Shown piece after piece: positions 1 through 9,647 of a stretch of DNA of 64,000 nt; within the stretch, counting starts at the first letter, position 1; each line of letters opens with the position of its first letter. Source of the stretch: Gemmatimonadales bacterium (lineage in GTDB: Bacteria; Gemmatimonadota; Gemmatimonadetes; Gemmatimonadales; GWC2-71-9); NCBI GenBank assembly GCA_041615815.1, contig JBFJCP010000006.1:64001-128000 (forward strand), given 5' to 3'. Both the position numbers and the translations under genes were made by a program. The notes beneath the pieces were generated by a model, which saw nothing but the letters and a program-made list of their open reading frames with translations, was not told the DNA's origin and made no database searches.

Positions 1-135
1 TCGGGAGAAAGCCCATCCGAAGGTTACTTGACACTTGATCCGGCTTTGTCATATCACGATCGGCCCGCCCATCTTCATGGACAAATGCGCCGATCAGAAG
101 CATAACTTCAGGGACCACCAACCTGGGTGAGCCGC

Positions 136-1551
136 ATGTCCGGCACCTATAGCTTCTTGGAACAAGTCCACCGCGCGTTCGATCGCGCGGCGGCCCACAC
201 TGCCCATGATCCAACGTTGCTGAGCCAGATCAAGCAATGCAACAGTGTCTACTACGTCACGTTTCCCCTCAAGCGTGACGACGGCACGATCGAGGTCATC
301 GAGGGTTGGCGGGCGGGGCACAGTTATCATCGATTACCCACCAAGGGCGGCATACGATTCAGTTCACTCGTGAGCGAAGACGAAGTGATGGCGCTTGCGT
401 CACTCATGAGTTACAAGTGCGCCATTGTGGATGTCCCGTTTGGAGGAGCCAAAGGCGGAGTCCGAATTTCCCGCCGGAAGTACTCGGAACAGGAACTGGA
501 GCGCATCACTCGGAGATACACCTTCGAGCTGGTCAGGAAGAACTTCATGGGACCGGGTGTGGACGTGCCAGCCCCCGACTACGGCACCGGCCCCTCGGAG
601 ATGTCCTGGATCGCGGACACGTTCATCACGCTTTCAGGAGGAGAACTGAACGCGCTGGCGTGTGTCACAGGGAAGCCGGTGAGCTTGGGTGGGATTCGAG
701 GTCGCATGGAAGCGACCGGGCGTGGCGTGTTCTTCGGGATCCGGGAGGCATGCAGGGTTCCGGAGGACATGAAGGTCTTGGGACTGGAGGCCGGTCTGGA
801 CGGCAAGCGGATCGTGGTCCAGGGACTGGGCAATGTGGGGTATCACGCGGCGAAGTTCCTGGAGGAGGGCGGTGCCGTTATCGTGGGCATCGCGGAGTAT
901 GAGGGCGCCATTTGCGACGGCAATGGTCTGGAGCTCGAGAAGGTAGTCGCACACCGCCGAGAGACCGGCTCCATTCTCGATTTTCCCGGTGCCACGAACA
1001 TCGCAGAGTCCGCGCAGGCACTCGAGCTCGATTGTGATATTTTGGTGCCGGCCGCCCTCGAGAATCAGATTACGGCAGACAATGCACCGCGCGTCAAGGC
1101 GAAAATCATCGCGGAGGCGGCAAACGGCCCGACGACGACCGAAGCTGAAGCGATTCTCACCGCTCGGAACGTCATGATCATACCGGACACGTACCTGAAT
1201 GCGGGCGGCGTGACGGTCTCATACTTCGAGTGGCTGAAGAATCTCTCGCACGTGCGCTTCGGCCGGATGCAGAAGCGGCGTGAGCAGTCCGCCGCCGTAC
1301 GGCTGATGGAAGCGGTGGAACATTTGACGGGGAGGGAATTCTCGGATCTGGAAATGGAAACGTCCACACGCGGGGCGGACGAGGAAGATCTAGTGAACTC
1401 CGGTCTCGAGGAGACGATGGTCAATGCCTACACACAGGTTCGCACAATCCGGGATCGTCTCGACGACTCCGTGGATCTCCGCACTGCGGCGCTGATCAAC
1501 GCCATCGACAAGATTGCGATGGATTACAAACAGCGCGGGATCTTCCCTTAG
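136..1551 (+). CDS. gdhA: Glu/Leu/Phe/Val dehydrogenase, most likely glutamate dehydrogenase
   Basis: [27 protein letters not shown] Rossmann motif, [21 protein letters not shown] 136 chosen; GTG 127 is in frame. Confidence 0.92.
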   Translation: MSGTYSFLEQVHRAFDRAAAHTAHDPTLLSQIKQCNSVYYVTFPLKRDDGTIEVIEGWRAGHSYHRLPTKGGIRFSSLVSEDEVMALASLMSYKCAIVDVPFGGAKGGVRISRRKYSEQELERITRRYTFELVRKNFMGPGVDVPAPDYGTGPSEMSWIADTFITLSGGELNALACVTGKPVSLGGIRGRMEATGRGVFFGIREACRVPEDMKVLGLEAGLDGKRIVVQGLGNVGYHAAKFLEEGGAVIVGIAEYEGAICDGNGLELEKVVAHRRETGSILDFPGATNIAESAQALELDCDILVPAALENQITADNAPRVKAKIIAEAANGPTTTEAEAILTARNVMIIPDTYLNAGGVTVSYFEWLKNLSHVRFGRMQKRREQSAAVRLMEAVEHLTGREFSDLEMETSTRGADEEDLVNSGLEETMVNAYTQVRTIRDRLDDSVDLRTAALINAIDKIAMDYKQRGIFP

Positions 1552-2168
1552 GAAGCCGTTTCTCCGTCCTGAAGAAACGCCCGACGGATGATCACGGGCT
1601 CGACCGGCAGGTCACCAAATCGCCCTTGCCGCCGTGTGGGACCGGTCGCAATGGCATCCACGACGTCCATGCCCTCGATGACGCGGCCGAACACAGTGTA
1701 GCCCCAGCCCTCGAAGGTCTGCTCCCGAAAATCGAGCTTGTCGTTGTCCTTCACATTGATGAAGAACTCGCTCGTGGCGCTGTGAGGGTCTCCCGTGCGC
1801 GCCATGGCGACCGTGCTTCTGCGGTTCTGGAGCCCATTCTGCGCTTCGTTTGCGACGCCCATGACGGATGTCTTGCGACTCTGCATGTCCTCTGTCAGGA
1901 GCCCAGCCTGAATCACGAAGTCCTCGATGACCCGATGGAAGATCAGTCCGTCGTAGAAGCCTGACCGTACGTGGAGGAGGAAGTTGCTGACGGTCTCGGG
2001 CGCCCGCTCGGGTTCGAGCTCCATGACGATGCGGCCCCTGGTGGTCTCGAGCACGACAATGGGCCTCGCCGCCGCCTCAGACTGCTGCACTGATGGCTCA
2101 CTCTGGGGCCGATCGGTACCGCAAGCTGGCAACAGGGTGGCAATCAGGAGGGCAACGCCCCGCCTCAT
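1548..2168 (-). CDS. Cyclophilin-type peptidyl-prolyl isomerase, predicted lipoprotein
   Basis: [37 protein letters not shown]. Signal peptide [19 protein letters not shown] 2168 overlaps the pilT stop (ATGA). Confidence 0.9.
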   Translation of the reverse strand: MRRGVALLIATLLPACGTDRPQSEPSVQQSEAAARPIVVLETTRGRIVMELEPERAPETVSNFLLHVRSGFYDGLIFHRVIEDFVIQAGLLTEDMQSRKTSVMGVANEAQNGLQNRRSTVAMARTGDPHSATSEFFINVKDNDKLDFREQTFEGWGYTVFGRVIEGMDVVDAIATGPTRRQGRFGDLPVEPVIIRRAFLQDGETAS

Positions 2169-3595
2169 AGCTCGCCGGTGGGAAGTTGGATCTTGTGGCC
2201 TTTGGCGCGGAGGGCGGATGCCAACCCCGCCTTCTCGACGGACCTCATATACGCCTCCTCCGGGGCCACGAGCCTTTTCTCGACCAACTCCAACAACGAA
2301 TCGTTGAGCGTCGACATCCCGACTTTCTTGTTGGTCTGGATGATCGAGGGAATCTGGAAGGTCTTCCCCTCGCGGATGAGATTCGACACCGCCGGGGTCG
2401 TCAGCAGAATCTCCCACGCCGCCACCCGACCACCCTGGATCTTCCTGCAGAGTGTCTGCGCGATGACTCCGCGGAGCGATTCCGACAACATGGTCCGGAT
2501 TTGTCCCTGCCGATCAGCAGGGAACTGGTCGATCATCCGATCAACGGTCGAGGCGGCCGTCGTGGTGTGAAGCGTGCCGAACACGAGGTGGCCCGTCTCG
2601 GCGGTCTCGATCGCGATGGCCGTTGTCTCCAAGTCTCGAAGCTCACCCACCAGCACCACGTCCGGGTCTTCACGCAACGCCGCCCGTAGCGCCACCTTGA
2701 AGCTCTCCGTGTGCGAGCCGACCTCCCGCTGCGTGACGAGGCATTTCTTGTTCTCGTGAACGAACTCGATGGGATCCTCGATGGTGATGACGTGATCTGT
2801 GCGAGTGCGATTAATGAGGTCGATGAGGGCACACAGCGTCGTGGATTTTCCGGATCCCGTTGGACCCGTCACTAAGACGAGGCCTTTCGTAAGGTAGCAA
2901 AGCTGCTGTACTTCCTTGCTGATCCCCAGATCCTCGACCGTAATGATGTCGACCGGAATCACGCGCAACACGGCCACGGGGCCCTTCCGATCCCGAGCCA
3001 CGTTGACCCGGAAGCGCGCGACCCCGTCGATTTGATAGCCGAAGTCCGAATCACCGCTCTCACGCCACTGCCTCTGGTTGCGAGGGGGCAGAATCCCAAT
3101 GAGCATCTGCTCCATCTCTGCGGCTGTGAGAGCCGGTCCCGCTTGACGAACTATCTCGCCATGCACCCGGAAAAACGGTGGCTCCCCTACCCGGAGATGT
3201 AGGTCCGAGCCCTGTGCTTTCACGAGCGACTTGAGGAGGGTGTTGATGCGCGCCGCGTCACCGCCGCCGCCGCTCGACGGCCTGCCGGTACCGTTGGCCG
3301 GACTGATGACCGCCGTCAGCCCGCCGCTCCCCCGCGTGACCTGCACGCGGACGAGACCGGCGGCCGCCTCATAGGCAAATTCGGTATCGGCGTCCTGGTT
3401 CAACTGGTCCGCGATGGCCGGAGGTGCTACCTCCTGCATCAGGACGAAGATTTGCTGCGCGCTCACCGGCTGCCGGCTCAAACGCCGGGGCTTCCCGTCC
3501 TTTACGAGGATGGCGGGTTCGTTGGCGGTGAACCGAAGCTCCTCTCCCTCCTCATCAAACAATCGCTTGACAAAAGGGTCGATCCGCGAGGGCAT
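2165..3595 (-). CDS. pilT: PilT/PilU family type IV pilus retraction ATPase with an extra N-terminal domain
   Basis: GSDLHL, RFRVN, Walker A GPTGSGKS, TIEDPIE, ALREDPD, TLHT, AVSNLIRE (AIRNLIRE-like). Confidence 0.9.
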   Translation of the reverse strand: MPSRIDPFVKRLFDEEGEELRFTANEPAILVKDGKPRRLSRQPVSAQQIFVLMQEVAPPAIADQLNQDADTEFAYEAAAGLVRVQVTRGSGGLTAVISPANGTGRPSSGGGGDAARINTLLKSLVKAQGSDLHLRVGEPPFFRVHGEIVRQAGPALTAAEMEQMLIGILPPRNQRQWRESGDSDFGYQIDGVARFRVNVARDRKGPVAVLRVIPVDIITVEDLGISKEVQQLCYLTKGLVLVTGPTGSGKSTTLCALIDLINRTRTDHVITIEDPIEFVHENKKCLVTQREVGSHTESFKVALRAALREDPDVVLVGELRDLETTAIAIETAETGHLVFGTLHTTTAASTVDRMIDQFPADRQGQIRTMLSESLRGVIAQTLCRKIQGGRVAAWEILLTTPAVSNLIREGKTFQIPSIIQTNKKVGMSTLNDSLLELVEKRLVAPEEAYMRSVEKAGLASALRAKGHKIQLPTGEL

Positions 3596-3599
3596 CTAT

Positions 3600-4082
3600 T
3601 TACTCCAGGGGGCGGACGAAGACTACCTGGTTTCGATTGACGTAATGCGTTTCGTTTTCGGAAGCGACGGCAAAAAACGGACTCGGGGCTGCGTTCAAGA
3701 AGTCGAGGAGGCGGGCACGGGTCTCCGGCATTTCGATCTGTACCGAGCCGGCAAACTTGGCCCCGTTTGTCAGGGCCACCTCCACGCCCTCGGCCCGTGC
3801 CGTGCTCAGCCGATCGGGATCCTCCACGTCATCGGTCTGTGCTACTACCACACAAAGCGTCTGTGCCTTCGCGATGAGCAGAATCTGTCCCTCGTCGGTA
3901 CGGAAAGGGAACACTTCCTCTGTCCGGTTGAGCATCTCGAGTGGTGTCTCCCCGCCGCTGTGCTGGGGTGCCCGGGGAATCAAGAAAAGTACGCCGCTGT
4001 GACGCTCCCCGTGCGCCAACTCGATTTGGGCAGGCACGGTGGTGCGAGGGACCGAGAGCTCCGAGAGCCGAGGATCAACCAT
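3600..4082 (-). CDS. Hypothetical protein with two tandem ~75-aa repeats (DUF6812-like)
   Basis: Halves IELAHGERHSG..LEMLN..FPF and VALTNGAKFAG..LDFLN..FFAV align by eye. Stop lies 4 nt before the pilT start. Confidence 0.65.
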   Translation of the reverse strand: MVDPRLSELSVPRTTVPAQIELAHGERHSGVLFLIPRAPQHSGGETPLEMLNRTEEVFPFRTDEGQILLIAKAQTLCVVVAQTDDVEDPDRLSTARAEGVEVALTNGAKFAGSVQIEMPETRARLLDFLNAAPSPFFAVASENETHYVNRNQVVFVRPLE

Positions 4083-4342
4083 GACGGTATAAGATAGTCC
4101 CTTGATTGAGATAGAGGGGATCCCCATCCTGGATGGCGCCCTCCCCGACTTAAGATCGGCCGATCTGCCCAAACCTTGAGGAGGCGGGGAGTTCCGAGCC
4201 GCTCAGCCCCGGGGTATCCCCCCTGTGCTCGACCGCGCAAAGGCCTCGAGCCCGAGGGCCGGATGAAATCTCGGGCGTCCCGCGCACCGAGCGCTCGTGC
4301 TCGCTGCCCAAGGCAGGGGATAAAACTCGACGACTGGGCGAG

Positions 4343-5659
4343 CTAGTCGGCGGGACCGGACGGTGCCAGCCGACGCGTCAGAAAATGCCAAGCGAGCCCG
4401 ACGACCAGGATGCCGAGGCCGACACGCCAGATGGATGGATCGATCCAAAAGGCCAGAAGCAGGCAAGCCGCCAATCCGAACGCTGGGATGGCCGGGGGAT
4501 ACCGCCGGGCCGTCGCGGGAAGGCGTAGAGCCGCGAAACTCACGATGGCATAGTAGACCAATACGCTAAACGCGCTGAGTGACCACGTCACCCGGATGTC
4601 GCGCAGGAGCACGAGTCCAGCCACCGCCACGGCCGTCAGAGCAACGGCCGGTGCGGGATTGGCGGTATTCGGGTCGAGCCGCGCAATGAGCTTGGGGAGA
4701 TCGCCACGCCTGCCCATGGCCAACATCATGCGCGACAGGCCCAGGATTAGGTTGAGCAGGACGCCGATCATCGCCGTGGCAGCGCCCACGGCGATCAGCA
4801 TTGCCAGCCCAGGCAGCTGCGAGCGGCGGGCGACCGCCTCGAGAGGGGCGGCCGTCTCCGCCGTGGCTCGAGCGAAGGCCTGCGGACCCAAAACGCCGAT
4901 TCCCGCAGCCGCGACGGCCACGTAGAGCACGATGGTGATGCCCAGGGTAACGATGACAGCGCGGGGTATCGTGTCCCCGGGGTTGACGACCTCCTCCCCG
5001 AGAGTTGCGATCCGCCCAAAGCCCGTAAAAGCGACGAACATGAGGGCGGTCGCATGACCCACGATGGCGAGCCGTCCCGCCGTCGTGGTTTCCGTAGGGA
5101 AGAGCGCACCGACGCGCGGTCCTTCAGCGACCAACGTGGGAATGCTGCCCATGACGAGCAGGCCCAAGGCCCCAAGAGTGACCGTTACGATGACGGCATT
5201 CACCCGGGCGGACCGCTTCATCCCGCCCAAGACGACCATGGTGAGCAGTCCCACTGCGCCCAAAGCCACCGGAAGTCGCCAAATTGTCTGGGAGCCACCC
5301 ACCGCGTCCACGAGATATCCGGCGAGACCGAGCGCGGCGGTGGCGGCTGAAGCCGTCTTGGCGAACAAGAACATCCACCCCGCGGTGAACCCCAACCAGG
5401 GGGTAAGCAGCCGATACCCGTACTCGTAGGCACTTCCGCTGACGGGGTACTGAGCCGCGAGCTGGGCGGTCGCGAGCCCAACACACGTTGCCACGAGGCC
5501 GGCAAGGACAATGCCGATCAGAACCGCGGAGCCGGCGACGTCGACCGCGATCCCAACACTGACGAAGACCCCGGTTCCCACGATGGAGCCGAGACCGAGG
5601 AGCACCGCCTCGCGGAGCCCCACGACGCGGTCGAGTCGCTGCTTTGAAGAGGGAGGCAT
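4343..5659 (-). CDS. APC family amino acid permease
   Basis: GSIVGTGVF, YPVSGSAY, AFTGFG..ATLGEEV.NP, about 12 hydrophobic segments. TTG 5680 is an alternative start. Confidence 0.88.
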   Translation of the reverse strand: MPPSSKQRLDRVVGLREAVLLGLGSIVGTGVFVSVGIAVDVAGSAVLIGIVLAGLVATCVGLATAQLAAQYPVSGSAYEYGYRLLTPWLGFTAGWMFLFAKTASAATAALGLAGYLVDAVGGSQTIWRLPVALGAVGLLTMVVLGGMKRSARVNAVIVTVTLGALGLLVMGSIPTLVAEGPRVGALFPTETTTAGRLAIVGHATALMFVAFTGFGRIATLGEEVVNPGDTIPRAVIVTLGITIVLYVAVAAAGIGVLGPQAFARATAETAAPLEAVARRSQLPGLAMLIAVGAATAMIGVLLNLILGLSRMMLAMGRRGDLPKLIARLDPNTANPAPAVALTAVAVAGLVLLRDIRVTWSLSAFSVLVYYAIVSFAALRLPATARRYPPAIPAFGLAACLLLAFWIDPSIWRVGLGILVVGLAWHFLTRRLAPSGPAD

Positions 5660-5699
5660 GTCAGGTGCCGACCGGCGCAAGTGTCGGGCCAGGGGTGCG

Positions 5700-6185
5700 C
5701 TACGACATCCGCTTTGCCGACCGGATGACGACGTTGTCGATCGGAACGTCGTCGTAGGGTCCCCGCCGTCCCGTGTTCACCTCAGCGATCTTGTCGATGA
5801 CGTCCATCCCCTCGACCACCCGAGCAAACACCGCGTACCCGAAATCTCTCGTGCCGTGGTCGAGGAACGCGTTATCGGCCAGGTTGATGAAGAATTGCGA
5901 CGTTGCGCTGTTGACGTCGCTCGTGCGCGCCATGGAAAGCGTTCCGCGCCCATTCTTCAAGCCGTTGTCCGCCTCGTTTTTGATGGGAGCCCGGGTAGCC
6001 TTCTCCTCGAAGCCTTCGGTCAGACCACCGCCCTGGATGACGAAGCCAGGAACGATCCGGTGGAAAATGGTCCCGTCGTAGAATCCGGCGTCGACGTATG
6101 CGAGAAAGTTATCGACGGTGAGGGGTGCATCCTTTGGGAACAGCTCGAGCGTGACGTCACCGTGGGTGGTGGCGAGAACGACCAT
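5700..6185 (-). CDS. Cyclophilin-type peptidyl-prolyl isomerase, cytoplasmic (PpiB-like)
   Basis: [43 protein letters not shown]. No signal peptide. Confidence 0.92.
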   Translation of the reverse strand: MVVLATTHGDVTLELFPKDAPLTVDNFLAYVDAGFYDGTIFHRIVPGFVIQGGGLTEGFEEKATRAPIKNEADNGLKNGRGTLSMARTSDVNSATSQFFINLADNAFLDHGTRDFGYAVFARVVEGMDVIDKIAEVNTGRRGPYDDVPIDNVVIRSAKRMS

Positions 6186-6260
6186 GGGGCCTCCAAAGGG
6201 ATGAGTTCCGTCCCAAAGTAACCGACTGACCCCGGGGAGCCACCGCACCACGAGTCGCTC

Positions 6261-6833
6261 TTAGGTCACGGCCGCTCCTACGTATCCCATCTCAACGGCA
6301 TAGGCATACAGCTTTTGCTGCAGGATCTGTCGCGCCCGGAAGATCCTCGATTTGACAGTCCCCAACGGCGAGCGTGTGATGCGGGCGATCTCGTTGTATG
6401 GCAGCCCCTCGACATCGCTCAAGACGAGCGCCTCCTTGAACTCGTCCGGCAGGGCGTCGATGGCGGCCAGTACCTCGTCATCAACGAAATCGTGAAAGAA
6501 CAGCGTCTCGGGATCGGGACTCTCCAACCCGTGTGCCGACTGCAGACGCTCGATCAGGTCTTCGCCGAGCCCGGAGACCTGTCGGGTTCCGCGGCGGCGC
6601 TCGTTGATGAACGTGTTGCGGAGAATAGTGGCCAGCCAGGCCTTGGCGTTCGAGCCGGGTTTGAACTGATGCCAAGCCCGAAACGCCTTGAGCATGGTGT
6701 CCTGTACCAGATCTTCTGCCTGCGCTTCGTCACCGGCGAGGCGGAGCGCGAACCGGTACAAGAAATCGATCAGTGGAATCGCGTCACGCTCGAACTGCTC
6801 GCGAAGGGTGACGGCGTTGGTTGTCGTGGTCAT
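6261..6833 (-). CDS. ECF sigma-70 factor (SigR/SigH-like), no adjacent anti-sigma
   Basis: AEDLVQDTMLKAF, AWLATILRNTFIN, GLPYNEIA..LGTVKSRIFRAR. GGAGG RBS before ATG 6833. Confidence 0.9.
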   Translation of the reverse strand: MTTTTNAVTLREQFERDAIPLIDFLYRFALRLAGDEAQAEDLVQDTMLKAFRAWHQFKPGSNAKAWLATILRNTFINERRRGTRQVSGLGEDLIERLQSAHGLESPDPETLFFHDFVDDEVLAAIDALPDEFKEALVLSDVEGLPYNEIARITRSPLGTVKSRIFRARQILQQKLYAYAVEMGYVGAAVT

Positions 6834-6898
6834 CGTTCCTCCCGGCGGCGCGCGTGCCAGGACCCGAAGTTTTCGCTCGCCATTGACCATCCTGAAGA

Positions 6899-6914
6899 AG
6901 CACGCCGCGTGCCG
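6899..6914 (-). promoter_or_regulatory. Candidate sigma-54 (-24/-12) promoter for the ECF sigma gene
   Basis: Minus strand CGGCACG-CGGC-GTGCT has exact GG-N10-GC spacing and is close to TGGCACG-N4-TTGCW. It lies just downstream of a sigma-54 activator gene. Confidence 0.65.
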
Positions 6915-7043
6915 TTCTTGCATCACGGCAGCGAAGAACCACAAGCGATTGTAGCGCAGTCACTTATATTGTTCGGGATGGGTTGTCGGCGCGGACGCAG
7001 AGTCAGATTTTTTACGACATATCGTTAGGATGCCCAAATATGG

Positions 7044-9647
7044 TCAATCCGGACGTTGGATACCCAGCTTCTTCATTCTTGCTTGGAGAGTCGTGGGCTT
7101 GATCCCGAGGATTTGCGCGGCGCCTTTGGGCCCACTTACGCGCCAACCAGTTCGCTCGAGAGCTTCGAGAATGTGAGCGCGCATGGCGTCATCCAGTGTG
7201 GGGAGCCGGTCGTCTCGGTATGTTGCGCCGCCCGACTGTCGCAGCCAGGTCTCCAGATCCAGTTCGCGCCCGGTGCTCAGGATCACGGCCCGCTCCACGA
7301 CATTCTCGAGTTCCCGGATGTTGCCCGGCCACGCGTATTGGGCGAGCGCGTGGAGGGTGCGCTGCGGGACCGTATCGATTTCCTTCCCGAGCCTCTGCGC
7401 GTAGCGGCGTGCGAAGAAGCTCACGAGGAGCGGAATGTCTTCCCGTCGCTCGCGCAGGGGTGGGACGTGGATGGGAAAGACCCTGAGTCGGTAGTACAAG
7501 TCTGACCGGAAGCGACCGGCTTCGACGGCGTCCTCTAGATCGCGATTCGTCGCGGCGATGACTCTCACGTCCACACGAATGGTCCTCGTGCCCCCAACCC
7601 GCTCGAACTCCCCTTCCTGGAGCACCCGGAGCAGCTTCGCCTGGAGCTCAGGTGGAAGGTCCCCAATCTCGTCCAAGAATATCGTGGCTCTGTCCGCGAG
7701 CTCGAACCGCCCGCTTCGGCGGGCGACGGCTCCCGTGAACGCGCCCTTCTCGTGACCAAACAATTCACTCTCGATCAGTCCGGCTGCCAGGGCGGCACAG
7801 TTGACCTTTATGAGTACCCGATCTCCTCGAGCACTAGCACCGTGAATCGCGCGTGCCACCAGCTCCTTCCCGGTCCCTGTCTCGCCCGTGATCAGCACCG
7901 TCGAGTCTGTTGCCGCCACCTGTTCGATCAGGTGCACGACGCCGGTGATAGCCGATGAGGTTCCCACCAGCTCACCGAAGTTGTGCTCCGTTTCGATCTC
8001 TTCCTGGAGGTAGATGCGCTCCAGGCTGAGTTTCCGGAGTTCGGCTTCAGCTCGTTGTCGCTGATCGATGTCCCGAAGGATCATGGTGTAAAGGACCTCT
8101 CCATCGACAGTGGTGCAGGATACCGTGGCTTCGATGGGAAAGGATTCGCCGCTGCTCCGTCGAGCCTCCTGGCCGGGTGGAAGCCAGCGCGCCCCTGCTT
8201 CGCCCGAGGGCTGCTCTTCGCTAAGGAGCCGCCGCACCTCATCTGACAAAAAGCGGTCCACCGCCGTGCCGATCGCTTCACGAGCGGGGCACAGAAAGAC
8301 GCGCTCGGCGGCCTTGTTGAACAAGGTGATTCGTCGGCTCTGATCGAAGGTCATGATGGCGTCCATCGCCGAATCGAGGATCCGGCTGAGCCGTCCCTCG
8401 AGTCGCCGCCGCACCCGCTCCGCCTGCAGGCGCTCGGTGATGTCGCGAGCGAGGGCGAGGATCCGCTGCTTCCCTCGGACCACAAACAGGCCGGCCCGCA
8501 CTTCGACGGGAAACGTCGTCCCGTCCTTGCGGCGGTGATATCCACCCATGGTCACAGGGCCTGCCGCGGTCATCTGCTCGACATTGTGTCGGAGCTGCGC
8601 GGCAGAGAGCCCTTCGGATATTTCCCAAACGGCGAGTGCTAACAGTTCCTCGCGTGTGTACCCAGTGGTCTCGCAGGCTTGCTGGTTGACATCGACGATG
8701 GTGCCGTCGGGATCCAGGACATAAAAGGCGTCCGCAGCCCGGTCCACGAGCAAGCGAAATCGCTCCTCGCTTTCCCGGAGCGCTTCTTCGGCTTTTTTCC
8801 GGTCGCTGATGTCCCGTACCCACGCGACGATTCGTCGCTCACCGCCGATCTCCACGGCCGAGGCTGAGATCTCCGCGGAGATCCGCTCGCCCGCCTTGGT
8901 GACGCACGAAAGCTCATCGGTCCACCCCCCACCCTGTTCGAAGACCGCGTTCGTGAACCGTGTCAATCTGGGCATTTCATCTGGGTGGATCGCGGAGATC
9001 GGGAGAGTGAGGAGCTCACGGTGGCCGTAGCCCAACAGCGCGGCAGCGGGCTGATTGGCGTCCACGATGGTGTCGGCCGCCGGGTCCAGCACGAAACCGG
9101 CGTCGTTGGAGAGATTGAAGATCTTGCTGAACCGCTCCTCGCTTGCCCTGAGGGCGGTCTCCGCTCGGTTGCGGGCCGTGACATCCACCAGGAAGGCCAG
9201 GGACCGGTTGAACCGCCCCTGCTGATCGAACTCGGCGATGGCGGATACCAGCACATCGATGATCTCGCCCTGGCGAGTGACCAGCTGTGATTTGACGTCG
9301 CGGACGACACCGTGCTGCCGGAGTGCGGAAATCGAGATCTCGACGGCCCGGCGAGCGGCGTCGTCTGTCAGAAAATCCGTGAGCGGTCTTCCCAGTACGC
9401 CGTCACGCTCATACCCCATGACGGTGAGCCAGTAGTCGTTGACGTCCGTCAGCCGGCCCTGTTCGTCTATGGAATGCATCATGACCGGCGTGTTGTGATA
9501 GAGGGAGCGGTAACGGGTTTCGCTCTCCCGCAGTGCTTCCTCGATCCTCGCCCATTCGATCTCACGGTTGTGGACCGCTGCCAGGCGAGATCGAAGCTCG
9601 CGGACTTCTTGGAGGAGATCGGCCTGACTGCTCCGTCCGCTGCTCAC
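7044..9647 (-). CDS. Sigma-54-dependent enhancer-binding protein with four PAS domains (FhlA/NtrC family)
   Basis: Four PAS repeats each ending D[VI][TSD].R, GETGTGKE, ESELFGHEKGAFTGA, FLDEIG, WPGNIRELEN, C-terminal Fis-type HTH. Confidence 0.93.
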   Translation of the reverse strand: MSSGRSSQADLLQEVRELRSRLAAVHNREIEWARIEEALRESETRYRSLYHNTPVMMHSIDEQGRLTDVNDYWLTVMGYERDGVLGRPLTDFLTDDAARRAVEISISALRQHGVVRDVKSQLVTRQGEIIDVLVSAIAEFDQQGRFNRSLAFLVDVTARNRAETALRASEERFSKIFNLSNDAGFVLDPAADTIVDANQPAAALLGYGHRELLTLPISAIHPDEMPRLTRFTNAVFEQGGGWTDELSCVTKAGERISAEISASAVEIGGERRIVAWVRDISDRKKAEEALRESEERFRLLVDRAADAFYVLDPDGTIVDVNQQACETTGYTREELLALAVWEISEGLSAAQLRHNVEQMTAAGPVTMGGYHRRKDGTTFPVEVRAGLFVVRGKQRILALARDITERLQAERVRRRLEGRLSRILDSAMDAIMTFDQSRRITLFNKAAERVFLCPAREAIGTAVDRFLSDEVRRLLSEEQPSGEAGARWLPPGQEARRSSGESFPIEATVSCTTVDGEVLYTMILRDIDQRQRAEAELRKLSLERIYLQEEIETEHNFGELVGTSSAITGVVHLIEQVAATDSTVLITGETGTGKELVARAIHGASARGDRVLIKVNCAALAAGLIESELFGHEKGAFTGAVARRSGRFELADRATIFLDEIGDLPPELQAKLLRVLQEGEFERVGGTRTIRVDVRVIAATNRDLEDAVEAGRFRSDLYYRLRVFPIHVPPLRERREDIPLLVSFFARRYAQRLGKEIDTVPQRTLHALAQYAWPGNIRELENVVERAVILSTGRELDLETWLRQSGGATYRDDRLPTLDDAMRAHILEALERTGWRVSGPKGAAQILGIKPTTLQARMKKLGIQRPD

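Noticed and set aside
28..57. TTGACA upstream of gdhA as a sigma-70 promoter
   Set aside because: The -35 is perfect but the -10 (TATCAC at N18) is weak; not enough to list as a feature.
4230..4262. CGCAAAG..CC resembling a c-di-GMP-I riboswitch core
   Set aside because: The upstream GGCAAAC/GNRA P2 element is missing and the orientation is opposite to the flanking genes.
6845..6859. Second GG-N10-GC site (TGGCACGCGCGCCGC) before the ECF gene
   Set aside because: Poor -12 box, and it would start transcription at the ATG, cutting off the RBS. The 6899-6914 site fits better.
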